The translations under genes and the position numbers were made by a program. A DNA stretch of 64,000 nucleotides from contig JBGCEP010000010.1 in NCBI GenBank assembly GCA_045106415.1, positions 72,091-136,090 on the forward strand, written 5' to 3'. The notes below the pieces were generated by a model, which did not search any database, was not told the origin of the DNA, and saw nothing but the letters and a program-made list of their open reading frames with translations. Source of the DNA: Oligoflexales bacterium. GTDB lineage: Bacteria; Bdellovibrionota_B; Oligoflexia; Oligoflexales; Bog-1112. Numbering within the stretch: position 1 is the first letter of the stretch; every line of letters begins with the position of its first letter. This document shows positions 1 through 9,395 of this stretch, one piece after another.

Positions 1-2
1 TA

Positions 3-1085
3 GTTGGGAACCTTCCTTGCGTATTGGCTCCTCTTGCTTTGAACTTTATGATTGATTGGATTTTGAAAAATCAGCAGGCTTCTCAAGAAGATCGTTGGGA
101 AAGTGTAGTCAGTTCATCTGGGATTTTAGTCGCAAGCTTGGGCCTTGTAGGTGTTGTAAGCTACTGGTTTGCTGAAAAGTACGCAGAGCAAGAAGCAGCT
201 TTAGAGACATCTTCATCTTCTTCAAAAAAATCTCTTAAGAGTAAGAAACCTAAGGCCTCGTTGGTTGAAGGATTCCGTTTACTTGCGAGCGACTCATATG
301 TTCGTAATATTGGTATTCTCGTTCTAGCTTATAATATTGTAATCAATCTACTGGAAGTTGTTTGGAAAGAACAAGTCTCTCAGCTCTACCCCGATAAACT
401 TGAATTCAGTATGTATATGAATCAAGTCATGACAGCCACTGGCTTTGTTGGTATTTTTTGCGCGATGTTTCTAGGAACAGGTTTGGTGAGGCGATTTGGT
501 TGGGCTATGACAGCTTTCGCAACACCTTTTGTTATTGTGCTGACAGGTGTCCCATTTCTAGGGTGTGTCGTTTTTACGGAAGAGATGTCTGGTGTTGCAG
601 ATTATTTTGGGATGACAAGTCTGAGTCTTGCTGTGATGATGGGGGCAGGGCTAAGTGTGGTAAGTAAAGCTGTGAAATACTCCCTCTTTGATACATCAAA
701 AGAACTCGCGTTTATCCCTATGGATGAACAAACTCGAGGATATAGCAAAGCTGCTATTGATGGTGTGTGCTCTCGAATTGGAAAATCAGGTGGCTCTGCA
801 ATTCTACAAATTTGTTTCTTTGTGTTTGGTGGCATTGGAGCATCAACTCCAGCAGTGTTAATTGCTGTTCTTGTTCTTCTTGTGGGTTGGGGGAAATCGA
901 TTCTGGACTTAGGAGCTCAGTTTGATGAACGCTGTGATCTTTCAAATCATGATCAATCCGGTCCTTCTGGCTCACAGAATCCTCCAGCACAAAAGCCAAC
1001 TAGAGTGATAGAAACGACGAAAAATCATGTAAACCGAAGTGCTGGAGCTGTGTGTGCTGGCCCTCAAATTGCGGCCACTATATAA
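3..1085 (+). CDS. ATP/ADP translocase / nucleotide transporter (NTT/Tlc, Npt1/Npt2 family), 5'-truncated by window edge
   Basis: Multi-TM protein with Tlc-family motifs INLLEVVWK, SKAVKYSLFDTSKELAFIP and KAAIDGVCSRIGKSGG; frame stays open to the window start. Confidence 0.9.
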   Translation, partial: VGNLPCVLAPLALNFMIDWILKNQQASQEDRWESVVSSSGILVASLGLVGVVSYWFAEKYAEQEAALETSSSSSKKSLKSKKPKASLVEGFRLLASDSYVRNIGILVLAYNIVINLLEVVWKEQVSQLYPDKLEFSMYMNQVMTATGFVGIFCAMFLGTGLVRRFGWAMTAFATPFVIVLTGVPFLGCVVFTEEMSGVADYFGMTSLSLAVMMGAGLSVVSKAVKYSLFDTSKELAFIPMDEQTRGYSKAAIDGVCSRIGKSGGSAILQICFFVFGGIGASTPAVLIAVLVLLVGWGKSILDLGAQFDERCDLSNHDQSGPSGSQNPPAQKPTRVIETTKNHVNRSAGAVCAGPQIAATI

Positions 1086-1779
1086 GAAGTTTTAAGTGGC
1101 CTGAAACCTCTGTGAAGTCTTTAGCTATAGCATGTCCGGTTTGATTGGGGACAGTCTTATCTTGAGCTCGAACAAGCTGTGTGGTGTGATAGCCTGCAGC
1201 TTTTGCTGCATCCAGCTCCTCAGCTATGTCAGATAAAAATAAAATAAACTGAGGTTCTACACCTAAGTCTTTTGCTATATGTGTGTAAGATTGTGTTTCT
1301 TGCTTGTGACCTGATGTTGTATCAAAATGAAAGCTTAAGAGTGAACTGAGATTTCCATGCTCAGTGTGTGAAAACAGTAGTTTTTGAGCTGCTATGGATC
1401 CTGATGAGTAGATGCCGATCTGTAATTGAGTTGACCATTCTTTTAAGTGTGGCACAACATCGAGGTAAACATGGCTTTGAAGTTCACCATTTTTGTAGCC
1501 CTCTTGCCAGATGAGACCTTGGATTTGTTTGAGTGGTGTTATTTTTCTATCAGCTTTCATCCATTCTAAGAATGTTTTAATGACTTCGCCTGGGCTGGAG
1601 TTTGTCGGCATTTCAGCTTCATCTCTAGCGTCTTGAAGGATTCGAATAACCTCAGGGTTGTGGAGGTTGTTCAGAATGAATTTTTGCATGTGATCTTTAG
1701 CGAAAGGGAACAGTTTTTGGTGAACGTAGTCGATAGAGGTTGTTGTTCCCTCGATATCCATGAGGATTTTTTTTATCAT
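1078..1779 (-). CDS. mtnC: Enolase-phosphatase E1 (acireductone synthase), methionine salvage
   Basis: HAD motif DIEGTTT, plus DRKITPLKQIQGLIW, YSSGSIAAQKLLF and FLSDIAEELDAA. Confidence 0.93.
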   Translation of the reverse strand: MIKKILMDIEGTTTSIDYVHQKLFPFAKDHMQKFILNNLHNPEVIRILQDARDEAEMPTNSSPGEVIKTFLEWMKADRKITPLKQIQGLIWQEGYKNGELQSHVYLDVVPHLKEWSTQLQIGIYSSGSIAAQKLLFSHTEHGNLSSLLSFHFDTTSGHKQETQSYTHIAKDLGVEPQFILFLSDIAEELDAAKAAGYHTTQLVRAQDKTVPNQTGHAIAKDFTEVSGHLKLLI

Positions 1780-1833
1780 TTTTTTGCCTTATGAAGAAGT
1801 GAAGTAAATTTTTATCTAAGTTTAATGTGGTGG

Positions 1834-4800
1834 TCAAGTTTTTAGCTGAGGAAGTGTAATATGGAAGAGCGTTCCTTCATTTAATGTTGTTTCACAGGTG
1901 ATGCTTCCTTGTAGTTTTTGTGTCGCTAAATTAAACGCAAGGTGTAAACCAAGGCCTGTGTGTCCTTTATGCTTTGCTGTAGAGAAAAAAGGCTCGTAGA
2001 TATTCTGTACATCATCTTCAGGAATACCATGGCCATTGTCTTTGTAGTAAATTATGGTGTTTGAGCCCTCTGAGATGACGCTTATCGTAATGACATTATT
2101 TTCTCTGTCTTTAAAGGCATGATCGAAACTGTTGTTAGTGAGTTGGACAAGTAGGTTTGATAAATCGCTTAAGTAAGTTGTTGTGAGTAAGTCTTCTGGG
2201 CATTTGATTTGGAAAATAATATTTTGTTCTTTAATTTTACCTTGCAATCCACTTTTTAATAAATTTAAATGTTCTAGGATTTTAAAAGTAGAAATATCTT
2301 CTGATGTCTGAGAAACAGCGAGTTGTTTAAAGCGAGATACGAGTTCAGAGGCTCTGTTACAGCTGGTTAAAATCATCTCATTTGCATGAGTGGTCTGAGT
2401 AATAAAATTTTGCAAAGCTGATTTTGTAAGGCCTTTTTGTAATGTTTTTTGAATATTCTCAATTTCATGGGTTAGCGATGAAGATGAAGTAATACATATT
2501 CCTAAAGGAGTATTCAGCTCATGGGCGACTCCAGACATGACCCCTGTGAGTGATGCCATCTTTTCTGATTCAATAAGCTGGTCTTGTGTGTTTTTTAAAT
2601 TATCAAGTGCAGTAGAGAGTTGAGCTGTCCTTTCAACAACTTTTTCTTCTAAGCTTTCATATAATTTTGAATTTTCGATAGAGATAGATGCTTGAGAAGC
2701 GAGAATGTCAAGAGTTTGCAGTCTTTCTTCCGTAAAAACATGAGAAACTTCTTTGTTTTCTAAATATAAAACAGCAATAACATGATTTTGGTGAATAATG
2801 GGTAAACAACAAATAGAATGAATTTTATTATCTTTGATATACTCATCGTTTTTAAATTCTTTATTGGTATGTGCTTCTTCTATGATGATATTTTTTTGTG
2901 ACCTTAGCGAAGAGTTTAAAACAGTAAGGGGAAAAGAATTGTTTGCTTGCTCATCTGTTGGGCTTTCCTCTAGGTGGTATGATGCGTAGGGTGTAATCTC
3001 TCTTTTCTCAACGAAAAACAACAGACTCCGGCTCGCTCCTCCCACTTCACAGGAAATTTTCATAAGGTGTTGTGTGAGGTGTTGAAGGTTGATTTCTTTG
3101 GATAAGGATCTAGCTGCCGATAAAACTCTTTCAAAATCAAGATTTTGGTTGTTTGTGCTTCCTGTGCCTGCGTAGTGAGTTTTAGATAGAGTTGTTTTCC
3201 CATTCTCGATAGTGTTTTGAGGTTCATTTTTTTGTGTAAAACTATAGTTCCATTCTTCTTCAATTTGAGAGACTTTGGATTCAGCACCCCAGTGTTTGAA
3301 TATGTTTCGAGCTTCTTCGATATAGATGTTAGAAGTTTTTGCGTAATTGTTTTTCTGTAAAAAGAGAGCGCAGCGTTCATGGATGATACCTTCAAAAAGA
3401 TAGTTTTGATCTTTAGAAGCGCTTTGTATTGCTTTTTCATAGTGATGTAAAGATTTTTGCACTGAAAATTTGTTCCATGCAAACCACTCAGCTAGCAAAA
3501 AGTGATATTGATACCCAAAGGTTTCATCGCAGTGAATTGAAAGTGATTTGATTTTTTTAATTGTATTTGTGATGTAGAGTTTTTTTGTTAAAGGGATCCT
3601 GGTCCCGTTTTCTGAATAATATGCGAGAATTGCTAAAGAATAGAAAACCTTTCTGTCACAGTCTTGAGGCGCTCCCTCAACGCCTTTTTTATATGACTCC
3701 GTAATTTCAAATTCTTTTAAAGCGGTTGAGTAATGTGATAAAAAGTAGGCAAGGTGCCCTCTTATTCGGTGAACTTCATGGAGACCGGTTTGAAAATTTT
3801 GTGACTCAAATCTAGAGAGGGTTTCATGATAATCGAAAGTATCAGATGAAAGCTCTGGAATTTTTGAAAAATCAGTTCGAGGTTCTGATAATTTTTCTGC
3901 GTATATTTTAGCTAAAGATGTCAGTTTTTTACAATCATCGTAATTTGAATTTTCAAGTAAGGGAAGATACCTCTCGTTGAGGTGTTCTAAGTATTCTTTG
4001 ATATTGTGATAACGAATACTCCATAAATAAATATGAAGCACAGACCAAGGAAGATAAAGAGTGTCACTGGCGATGTATCCTTTCTTTGCAGCTGTTTCCA
4101 TATGAGTGCACATATGACGCCAAGACATATTTAAAAATGATGTCAATCCAGCGAAAAGATAAATAGTGGCGCTTTCTGCTAGAAGGTTGTGTTTAAGGTC
4201 TGATCGCTTTTCGTCTGATAGTTTTAAACCTACATTTGCAACTCTTCGACCAAGGTTTAAGTCACCCATGCCATTTAAAACAGCAGCTAGAAAGGTAAAA
4301 CCAGTGCTAGAATAAGCATGAAGCCCATGGATGATGGAAACTTGATTTAATTGTGCTATTAAAATAGTAAACATTGTTTGGTTGCCAAGAAAATATGCTG
4401 GGGTCATAAGAGCAAACAAACATGCTGTTAAAAGTTCTTTGTGTTCATTATCAAGTGTTTTATGATGATATAAATCATCGGCCCCGTTTTTTAGCTGCTT
4501 TGTGTTTTTCTTTAAACATCGAACGATTTTCAGTATTTCAGCAATCATATCAATGAAATTAGGGTTTTTCTTTAGTGTTAACCCTAACAAATGGCAGGCT
4601 CTAAGACCATTGTCGAAAGACTCCTGCATGCGGTTCGTTGTTGAGTATTGAGTGCATTTACGATAACAAACTCTAGCTTTTAAAAAATTTGTGGATGCTC
4701 TTTTTTCAAGGTTTTCAGATATCGAGTTTGCTTCACTGATCTTATGCATTAAAAAAGCGCTATGCGTAGCGATTTCGTGAAGATCCCACATAGTTTCAAA

Positions 4801-7092
4801 ATTTGATTCCCATTCGTTGTCATGAAAAAGGCGGAGTGAATTTTGAGAAAAATGGTATGATGCCTCATATGAGAGGTTTTCAGTAGATTTTTTGGCAGCT
4901 AGAAAATTTAAGTTTGCAACTCTGATCTTTGTATCTGAAGTGTATTTCTCTGATTGAACAGCATTATAATGTGCAACTATGTCGAAAATATTTTCTTTGC
5001 CTTGTTCGAAAAGATAATCAGCGATAGCATAATGCGTTTTTTGTTTATTTTCTTTTGAAAGTAGAGAATAAGAAGATTCTCTGAGTTTATCGTGGTTAAA
5101 TTTAAATCGACAAGAAATGTGATGTGGGATTTGCTGAGTTGAAATCATATGACTGTATTCTATAAATAAAGGGGAAATAATATTGGTATCTACAAGTTTT
5201 TTTATGATTTCAATAGAGCGGATCTGGGCTAGTTTGCTAAGTTCAGTAATACAATGGAAATCAAAAATATTTCCGTAGCAAGAAGATATTGATAAAATAT
5301 CTTGTTGGTCTGTAGGCATTTGTGAGATATTTTTTTGTATGAAATTAACAACGTTGTCGCTAATTTCAAGATCTTGAAGTGACTTAAAGTCAATGAGCCA
5401 TTTCCCTAGACTCTCATCGGTTTGATATATTTTACCCTCTTGATGCAAATTAAGAAGGAGTTGTTTCACATAAAAAGGATTGCCACCTGTTTTGTGAATG
5501 ATTTCTTTGCTTATTTCAGTATTTTCATGATGAAGAGTATCTTTAATCATCTCCTCAACAGCATTTATAGAAAGAGGGTGAAGTTCGTGTTGCAAGACCA
5601 GGTTTTGCAAATTATCAAATAAATCATGAAGGTGATGTGATGGTGTTATTTCCTCTGATCTGTAAGATCCGATAAATAGGATGTTCTTAATATTCTCTTT
5701 TACAAGGTAGTCAAGGATTTCAATTGAAATAAGATCAGACCATTGAAGGTCATCAATAAAGAGAAGGATAGGGTTTTTTTGTGCAATAACAGATAAAAAA
5801 TTCTTTAATGTTGAGAAAAGTCTCTGTTTTGAATATTCAGAAGAAACATCTTCAGTATGGATACCTAAAACAGAAGATGCGCTGGGAATAATATGAGTGA
5901 GGATTCCAATGTTGTCAGATAGAGATTTTTCTATTTGGTGCTTTATATCTATAATATCTTGCTCAGGAAGTTTTGATATGTGATCAACCCAATGATTAAG
6001 AGCCTGTTTTATTGCAGAAAAAGAATTGTTTTTTTGGAATTGATCGAATTTACCTTCGCAGAGAACCCCTTCTTTTTTATATAAATATGAGGATGTTTCT
6101 TGGATAATTGATGATTTACCAAGCCCTGATTTCCCAGAGATAAGTATTAATGGGTTGTGTTGTTTTGTATCGATTAGATCAATGTACTGCAATATAGTGT
6201 TTAAATCATCCTCTCGGCCGTATATTTTTTCTGGAATCATAAATAATGTGCTGTAATCTTTCATGCCTGGCTGGAAATGATCGTCGCTGCTATGTTTTGA
6301 GATCTTTTCAAAATCAAATAACATACCTTTGGTGCATTGATATCGATCGTCAGGTATTTTAGAACACATTTTAGAGATGGTTTTTTGAAGAGCTACTGAA
6401 TAACCTTTTTTCTGAAGCGGTTCCATCGAAAGAGGTTTGGTGAGTTGATTGTGAATAATGATCATTGGGTCGTTGTTGTCAAAAGCGCTATTATTTGTAA
6501 GCAGGTGATAAAAGCAAAGCCCTAATGAGTAATAATCTGAACGATAATCTATGGTGCGGTTAATTCTTCCTGTTTGTTCTGGAGCGATGTATGCAAGCGT
6601 TCCCTCAAGGTCTTTGATACTTGTTAGGTTTTTTTTCTCGTTGCCAAATGTTGCTATCCCGAAATCAATATATTTCATTTCAGTGAGATTTGGATTTGTG
6701 ATCATATTCGATGGATTTATATCTTTATGAATAACACCTGATTTATGGATTTCATGAAGAGACTTTATAGATGAGATAGCAAATATTAGGAATTTTTCTT
6801 CGCTTATAAACGAGTTAAGATAATTGGATAGCGGTAACATTTCATGATCATCAAAAATAATAGTGTGATAACCATCGAGAATTAAAAAATCGACAGATTT
6901 AGCGATAAAAAATTCAGGGATATTTTTTGTTACTTTGTATTCGTGTTCAAATCGTTGAATGAGATGAGAGGACGGGTGATTGACGTTGAGTATTTTTAAG
7001 ATGTAGCTTTTTCCATCTCGGGATATGGCGCGTACAATATGTGTATCATTTGATTCGTGAAGAACTATTTTTTTGTCAAAAGACCAATCCAT
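1834..7092 (-). CDS. Hybrid Ser/Thr kinase - AAA ATPase - GAF - histidine kinase (HstK-like), 1752 aa
   Basis: HKDINPSN, DFG, GTLAYIAPEQTGR; Walker A GKSGLGKS, Walker B FIDDLQW; GAF-like segment; H-box HELNTPLG; DNGHG and GTGLGL-like boxes. Confidence 0.9.
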   Translation of the reverse strand: MDWSFDKKIVLHESNDTHIVRAISRDGKSYILKILNVNHPSSHLIQRFEHEYKVTKNIPEFFIAKSVDFLILDGYHTIIFDDHEMLPLSNYLNSFISEEKFLIFAISSIKSLHEIHKSGVIHKDINPSNMITNPNLTEMKYIDFGIATFGNEKKNLTSIKDLEGTLAYIAPEQTGRINRTIDYRSDYYSLGLCFYHLLTNNSAFDNNDPMIIIHNQLTKPLSMEPLQKKGYSVALQKTISKMCSKIPDDRYQCTKGMLFDFEKISKHSSDDHFQPGMKDYSTLFMIPEKIYGREDDLNTILQYIDLIDTKQHNPLILISGKSGLGKSSIIQETSSYLYKKEGVLCEGKFDQFQKNNSFSAIKQALNHWVDHISKLPEQDIIDIKHQIEKSLSDNIGILTHIIPSASSVLGIHTEDVSSEYSKQRLFSTLKNFLSVIAQKNPILLFIDDLQWSDLISIEILDYLVKENIKNILFIGSYRSEEITPSHHLHDLFDNLQNLVLQHELHPLSINAVEEMIKDTLHHENTEISKEIIHKTGGNPFYVKQLLLNLHQEGKIYQTDESLGKWLIDFKSLQDLEISDNVVNFIQKNISQMPTDQQDILSISSCYGNIFDFHCITELSKLAQIRSIEIIKKLVDTNIISPLFIEYSHMISTQQIPHHISCRFKFNHDKLRESSYSLLSKENKQKTHYAIADYLFEQGKENIFDIVAHYNAVQSEKYTSDTKIRVANLNFLAAKKSTENLSYEASYHFSQNSLRLFHDNEWESNFETMWDLHEIATHSAFLMHKISEANSISENLEKRASTNFLKARVCYRKCTQYSTTNRMQESFDNGLRACHLLGLTLKKNPNFIDMIAEILKIVRCLKKNTKQLKNGADDLYHHKTLDNEHKELLTACLFALMTPAYFLGNQTMFTILIAQLNQVSIIHGLHAYSSTGFTFLAAVLNGMGDLNLGRRVANVGLKLSDEKRSDLKHNLLAESATIYLFAGLTSFLNMSWRHMCTHMETAAKKGYIASDTLYLPWSVLHIYLWSIRYHNIKEYLEHLNERYLPLLENSNYDDCKKLTSLAKIYAEKLSEPRTDFSKIPELSSDTFDYHETLSRFESQNFQTGLHEVHRIRGHLAYFLSHYSTALKEFEITESYKKGVEGAPQDCDRKVFYSLAILAYYSENGTRIPLTKKLYITNTIKKIKSLSIHCDETFGYQYHFLLAEWFAWNKFSVQKSLHHYEKAIQSASKDQNYLFEGIIHERCALFLQKNNYAKTSNIYIEEARNIFKHWGAESKVSQIEEEWNYSFTQKNEPQNTIENGKTTLSKTHYAGTGSTNNQNLDFERVLSAARSLSKEINLQHLTQHLMKISCEVGGASRSLLFFVEKREITPYASYHLEESPTDEQANNSFPLTVLNSSLRSQKNIIIEEAHTNKEFKNDEYIKDNKIHSICCLPIIHQNHVIAVLYLENKEVSHVFTEERLQTLDILASQASISIENSKLYESLEEKVVERTAQLSTALDNLKNTQDQLIESEKMASLTGVMSGVAHELNTPLGICITSSSSLTHEIENIQKTLQKGLTKSALQNFITQTTHANEMILTSCNRASELVSRFKQLAVSQTSEDISTFKILEHLNLLKSGLQGKIKEQNIIFQIKCPEDLLTTTYLSDLSNLLVQLTNNSFDHAFKDRENNVITISVISEGSNTIIYYKDNGHGIPEDDVQNIYEPFFSTAKHKGHTGLGLHLAFNLATQKLQGSITCETTLNEGTLFHITLPQLKT

Positions 7093-7336
7093 GTCTTAAA
7101 ACCTTATCGTGTGTGATATCTATATCGGCTATATATATGAATAGTAAAATTGACCTTTTATTTTTATTCTATAGAAGTCGTGAGATTGATAAAAATAGAG
7201 ATGATGCATACCTCTGAAAATTTAGAATAAATAACTTTTGTTTGTTTTTATTTGAATTGAAATAGTCGTAATTATTTATAAGGCGGTTAAATAAAAAGCT
7301 TTTTTAAACCGAGGTGATGTTTGATAGTCAGACTAT

Positions 7337-8323
7337 ATGAGGGTCATTATGTCAGTTGAAAATAATAAGGTATCTAGGCGCCATCTTGGGATCTATGGTG
7401 TTCTTCTGTCGTCACTTGTCATCCCGTTTGCAATGACGCTTTCTACGGTTCATAAAACTATGACGCCACCATCGTTTATGGATAACCCAAGTCCATATGG
7501 TTATACAATGAGTTTGTTGATTTTTGTTGTACCTATTTTGTATTTTGTTGTTTGGTTGTGTAAAAATCCCCAATATAGAATTGAAAGAAATGCGTTTATA
7601 GGAAGCGTAGCAGGTGTTTTTGTTCTAGGGAGCTTTTTAGACTTTGTTTTTGGGTATAGCTTTTTCTATTTTCCAAATCGTGGGGCAGTCTTAGGTCTTT
7701 ATCTTCCTTCGTTTTCTTTTTCAGAATGGCGATGGATTCCTCACTATCTTCCTATTGAAGAATTTGGTTTTTATTTGCTAGGTTCTACATATATGCTCGC
7801 TTCATACCTTTGGGGAGTTCTTTTTTGGTTTAAACGCTATAATCATGCTGATCATCAAAAGGCATGCTTAAGTGTCGATAGAATGCTGAAAGTTAGTTAT
7901 CCTCTTTTCTTTTTAGGTATATCACTTTTTATCTTAGGGCTTGTTATTAAGCATTTAGGTCCTTACCCTGATGGGTTCCCTGGTTATTTTACTTTTATGA
8001 TTTTTATGATGTTCCTCCCATGTATTTTCTTATTTGAATCACTCAGATTTTTAATTAACTGGAGGGCATTTACTTTTATGTCTTTTGTTTTACTTTTAGT
8101 GAGTATCGTTTATGAAGCAACCTTAGGTGTGCCTTATGGATGGTGGAAATATCATAATGACCAAATGTTAGGGATTTTAATTCACGCGTGGTCGGACTTA
8201 CCTATTGAGGCTGTGTGCTTATGGGTTGCAGCAGGTTTTGGGACAGTGCTTTTATTTGAAGCTCTACGTTACTATTTTTATATTGGGAAACCAATTTTAC
8301 GTGCTTTTTTAGGTGATAAATAA
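7337..8323 (+). CDS. Integral membrane protein with two lycopene-cyclase-like (CrtYc/d-type) repeats
   Basis: About 8 TM helices; two repeats ending PIEEFGFY and LPIEAVCLW, each preceded by an acidic residue in a TM and an aromatic/Trp loop. Confidence 0.55.
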   Translation: MRVIMSVENNKVSRRHLGIYGVLLSSLVIPFAMTLSTVHKTMTPPSFMDNPSPYGYTMSLLIFVVPILYFVVWLCKNPQYRIERNAFIGSVAGVFVLGSFLDFVFGYSFFYFPNRGAVLGLYLPSFSFSEWRWIPHYLPIEEFGFYLLGSTYMLASYLWGVLFWFKRYNHADHQKACLSVDRMLKVSYPLFFLGISLFILGLVIKHLGPYPDGFPGYFTFMIFMMFLPCIFLFESLRFLINWRAFTFMSFVLLLVSIVYEATLGVPYGWWKYHNDQMLGILIHAWSDLPIEAVCLWVAAGFGTVLLFEALRYYFYIGKPILRAFLGDK

Positions 8324-8345
8324 TTATTATATAACGGAGAAAAAA

Positions 8346-9344
8346 ATGTCAAAAAATGGAAAAAGTGATTTACCTCTTTATGTTGATAACGGAATCGGAT
8401 TGCCATCTATGCGTCCTCCTTATCCAAATATGCATATGTCGACATCAAGTTTCTTTTTGAAAGCAGATTTTAATAAAGTGAAAAATTTATGTGATCGTTA
8501 TTTGAATGATGTGATCGATGGAAATAGAAAATATTATCCTATTTCTAATCGAGTTATGTTTACATGGGCTAAAATTGTAGGGGATGCTAGAACGGATAGC
8601 TATGAAGTGATGGGTCCTATGGAAGAACATGATGCTGTTTTCTTTATTCCTACATTAGCAGTGAATTATCACTTAGGGATTCCTGTCCCGAGTCACTTTG
8701 CTTTTTTTCCATATCGACTTTATATAGATAACGCTGACGGTATTGTAAGTGGAAGGGAAGTCTATGGCTTTAATAAAGGAGTTGGTAATTTCCTTGGTTC
8801 TGAAGATCCGAAAAAGCCAAATTTCACTATACAAACTCTTGCGTATAAAACATTTGGCCCTGATAATTTAGCGAAAATGGAAGATATGGTTAAGATTACG
8901 CCAATGTCTAGCGATATTTCATCAGAAGATAAAACATGGTGTGATGCTCAACAAGCTAAAGAGGGCATAAAAGAAGCCTTTAAAGAAGCTATTGAAGGTG
9001 GTTTTTGGAAGAATTTAATTGAAGAAAGCTTTGACTTTTTCACTTACTTGTTTCAGCCACAAGGAACACAAGTTTTTCTTAAACAGTTTCGAGATATCCA
9101 CAATGGCCTGCACGCTTGCTATCAATCTGTAACAGAAGCTCCAACAACGATTAATAAATTTTCTGGTGGTGGGCTCTATACTCAAAAATATAAGTTCCAA
9201 GCATTTTCTTTACAAAGTGAACCAATAGCAGAAGAGCTAGGTTTGATCTTAGACGAAGATGGATGCCAAGAAAATTTAGAAGGTTTTTGGGCAGAAAGCA
9301 CGATCTCTCTAGGTCTGGGTGAAGAAATAAAAAAAGGGTCTTAA
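8346..9344 (+). CDS. Acetoacetate-decarboxylase-like family protein
   Basis: YIDNADGIVSGREVYGFNK and FLKQFRD...ACYQ motifs; SD GGAGA precedes MSKNGK. Confidence 0.65.
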   Translation: MSKNGKSDLPLYVDNGIGLPSMRPPYPNMHMSTSSFFLKADFNKVKNLCDRYLNDVIDGNRKYYPISNRVMFTWAKIVGDARTDSYEVMGPMEEHDAVFFIPTLAVNYHLGIPVPSHFAFFPYRLYIDNADGIVSGREVYGFNKGVGNFLGSEDPKKPNFTIQTLAYKTFGPDNLAKMEDMVKITPMSSDISSEDKTWCDAQQAKEGIKEAFKEAIEGGFWKNLIEESFDFFTYLFQPQGTQVFLKQFRDIHNGLHACYQSVTEAPTTINKFSGGGLYTQKYKFQAFSLQSEPIAEELGLILDEDGCQENLEGFWAESTISLGLGEEIKKGS

Positions 9345-9350
9345 TGTAAC

Positions 9351-9383
9351 AACCGTTTTTAACATGAGGAAAACGGTTTTTTT
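9351..9383 (+). terminator. Hairpin plus T-tract between the ADC-like gene and the oxidoreductase
   Basis: AACCGTTTT-n10-AAAACGGTT followed by a T run. Confidence 0.5.
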
Positions 9384-9395
9384 GGAGAAAATATT

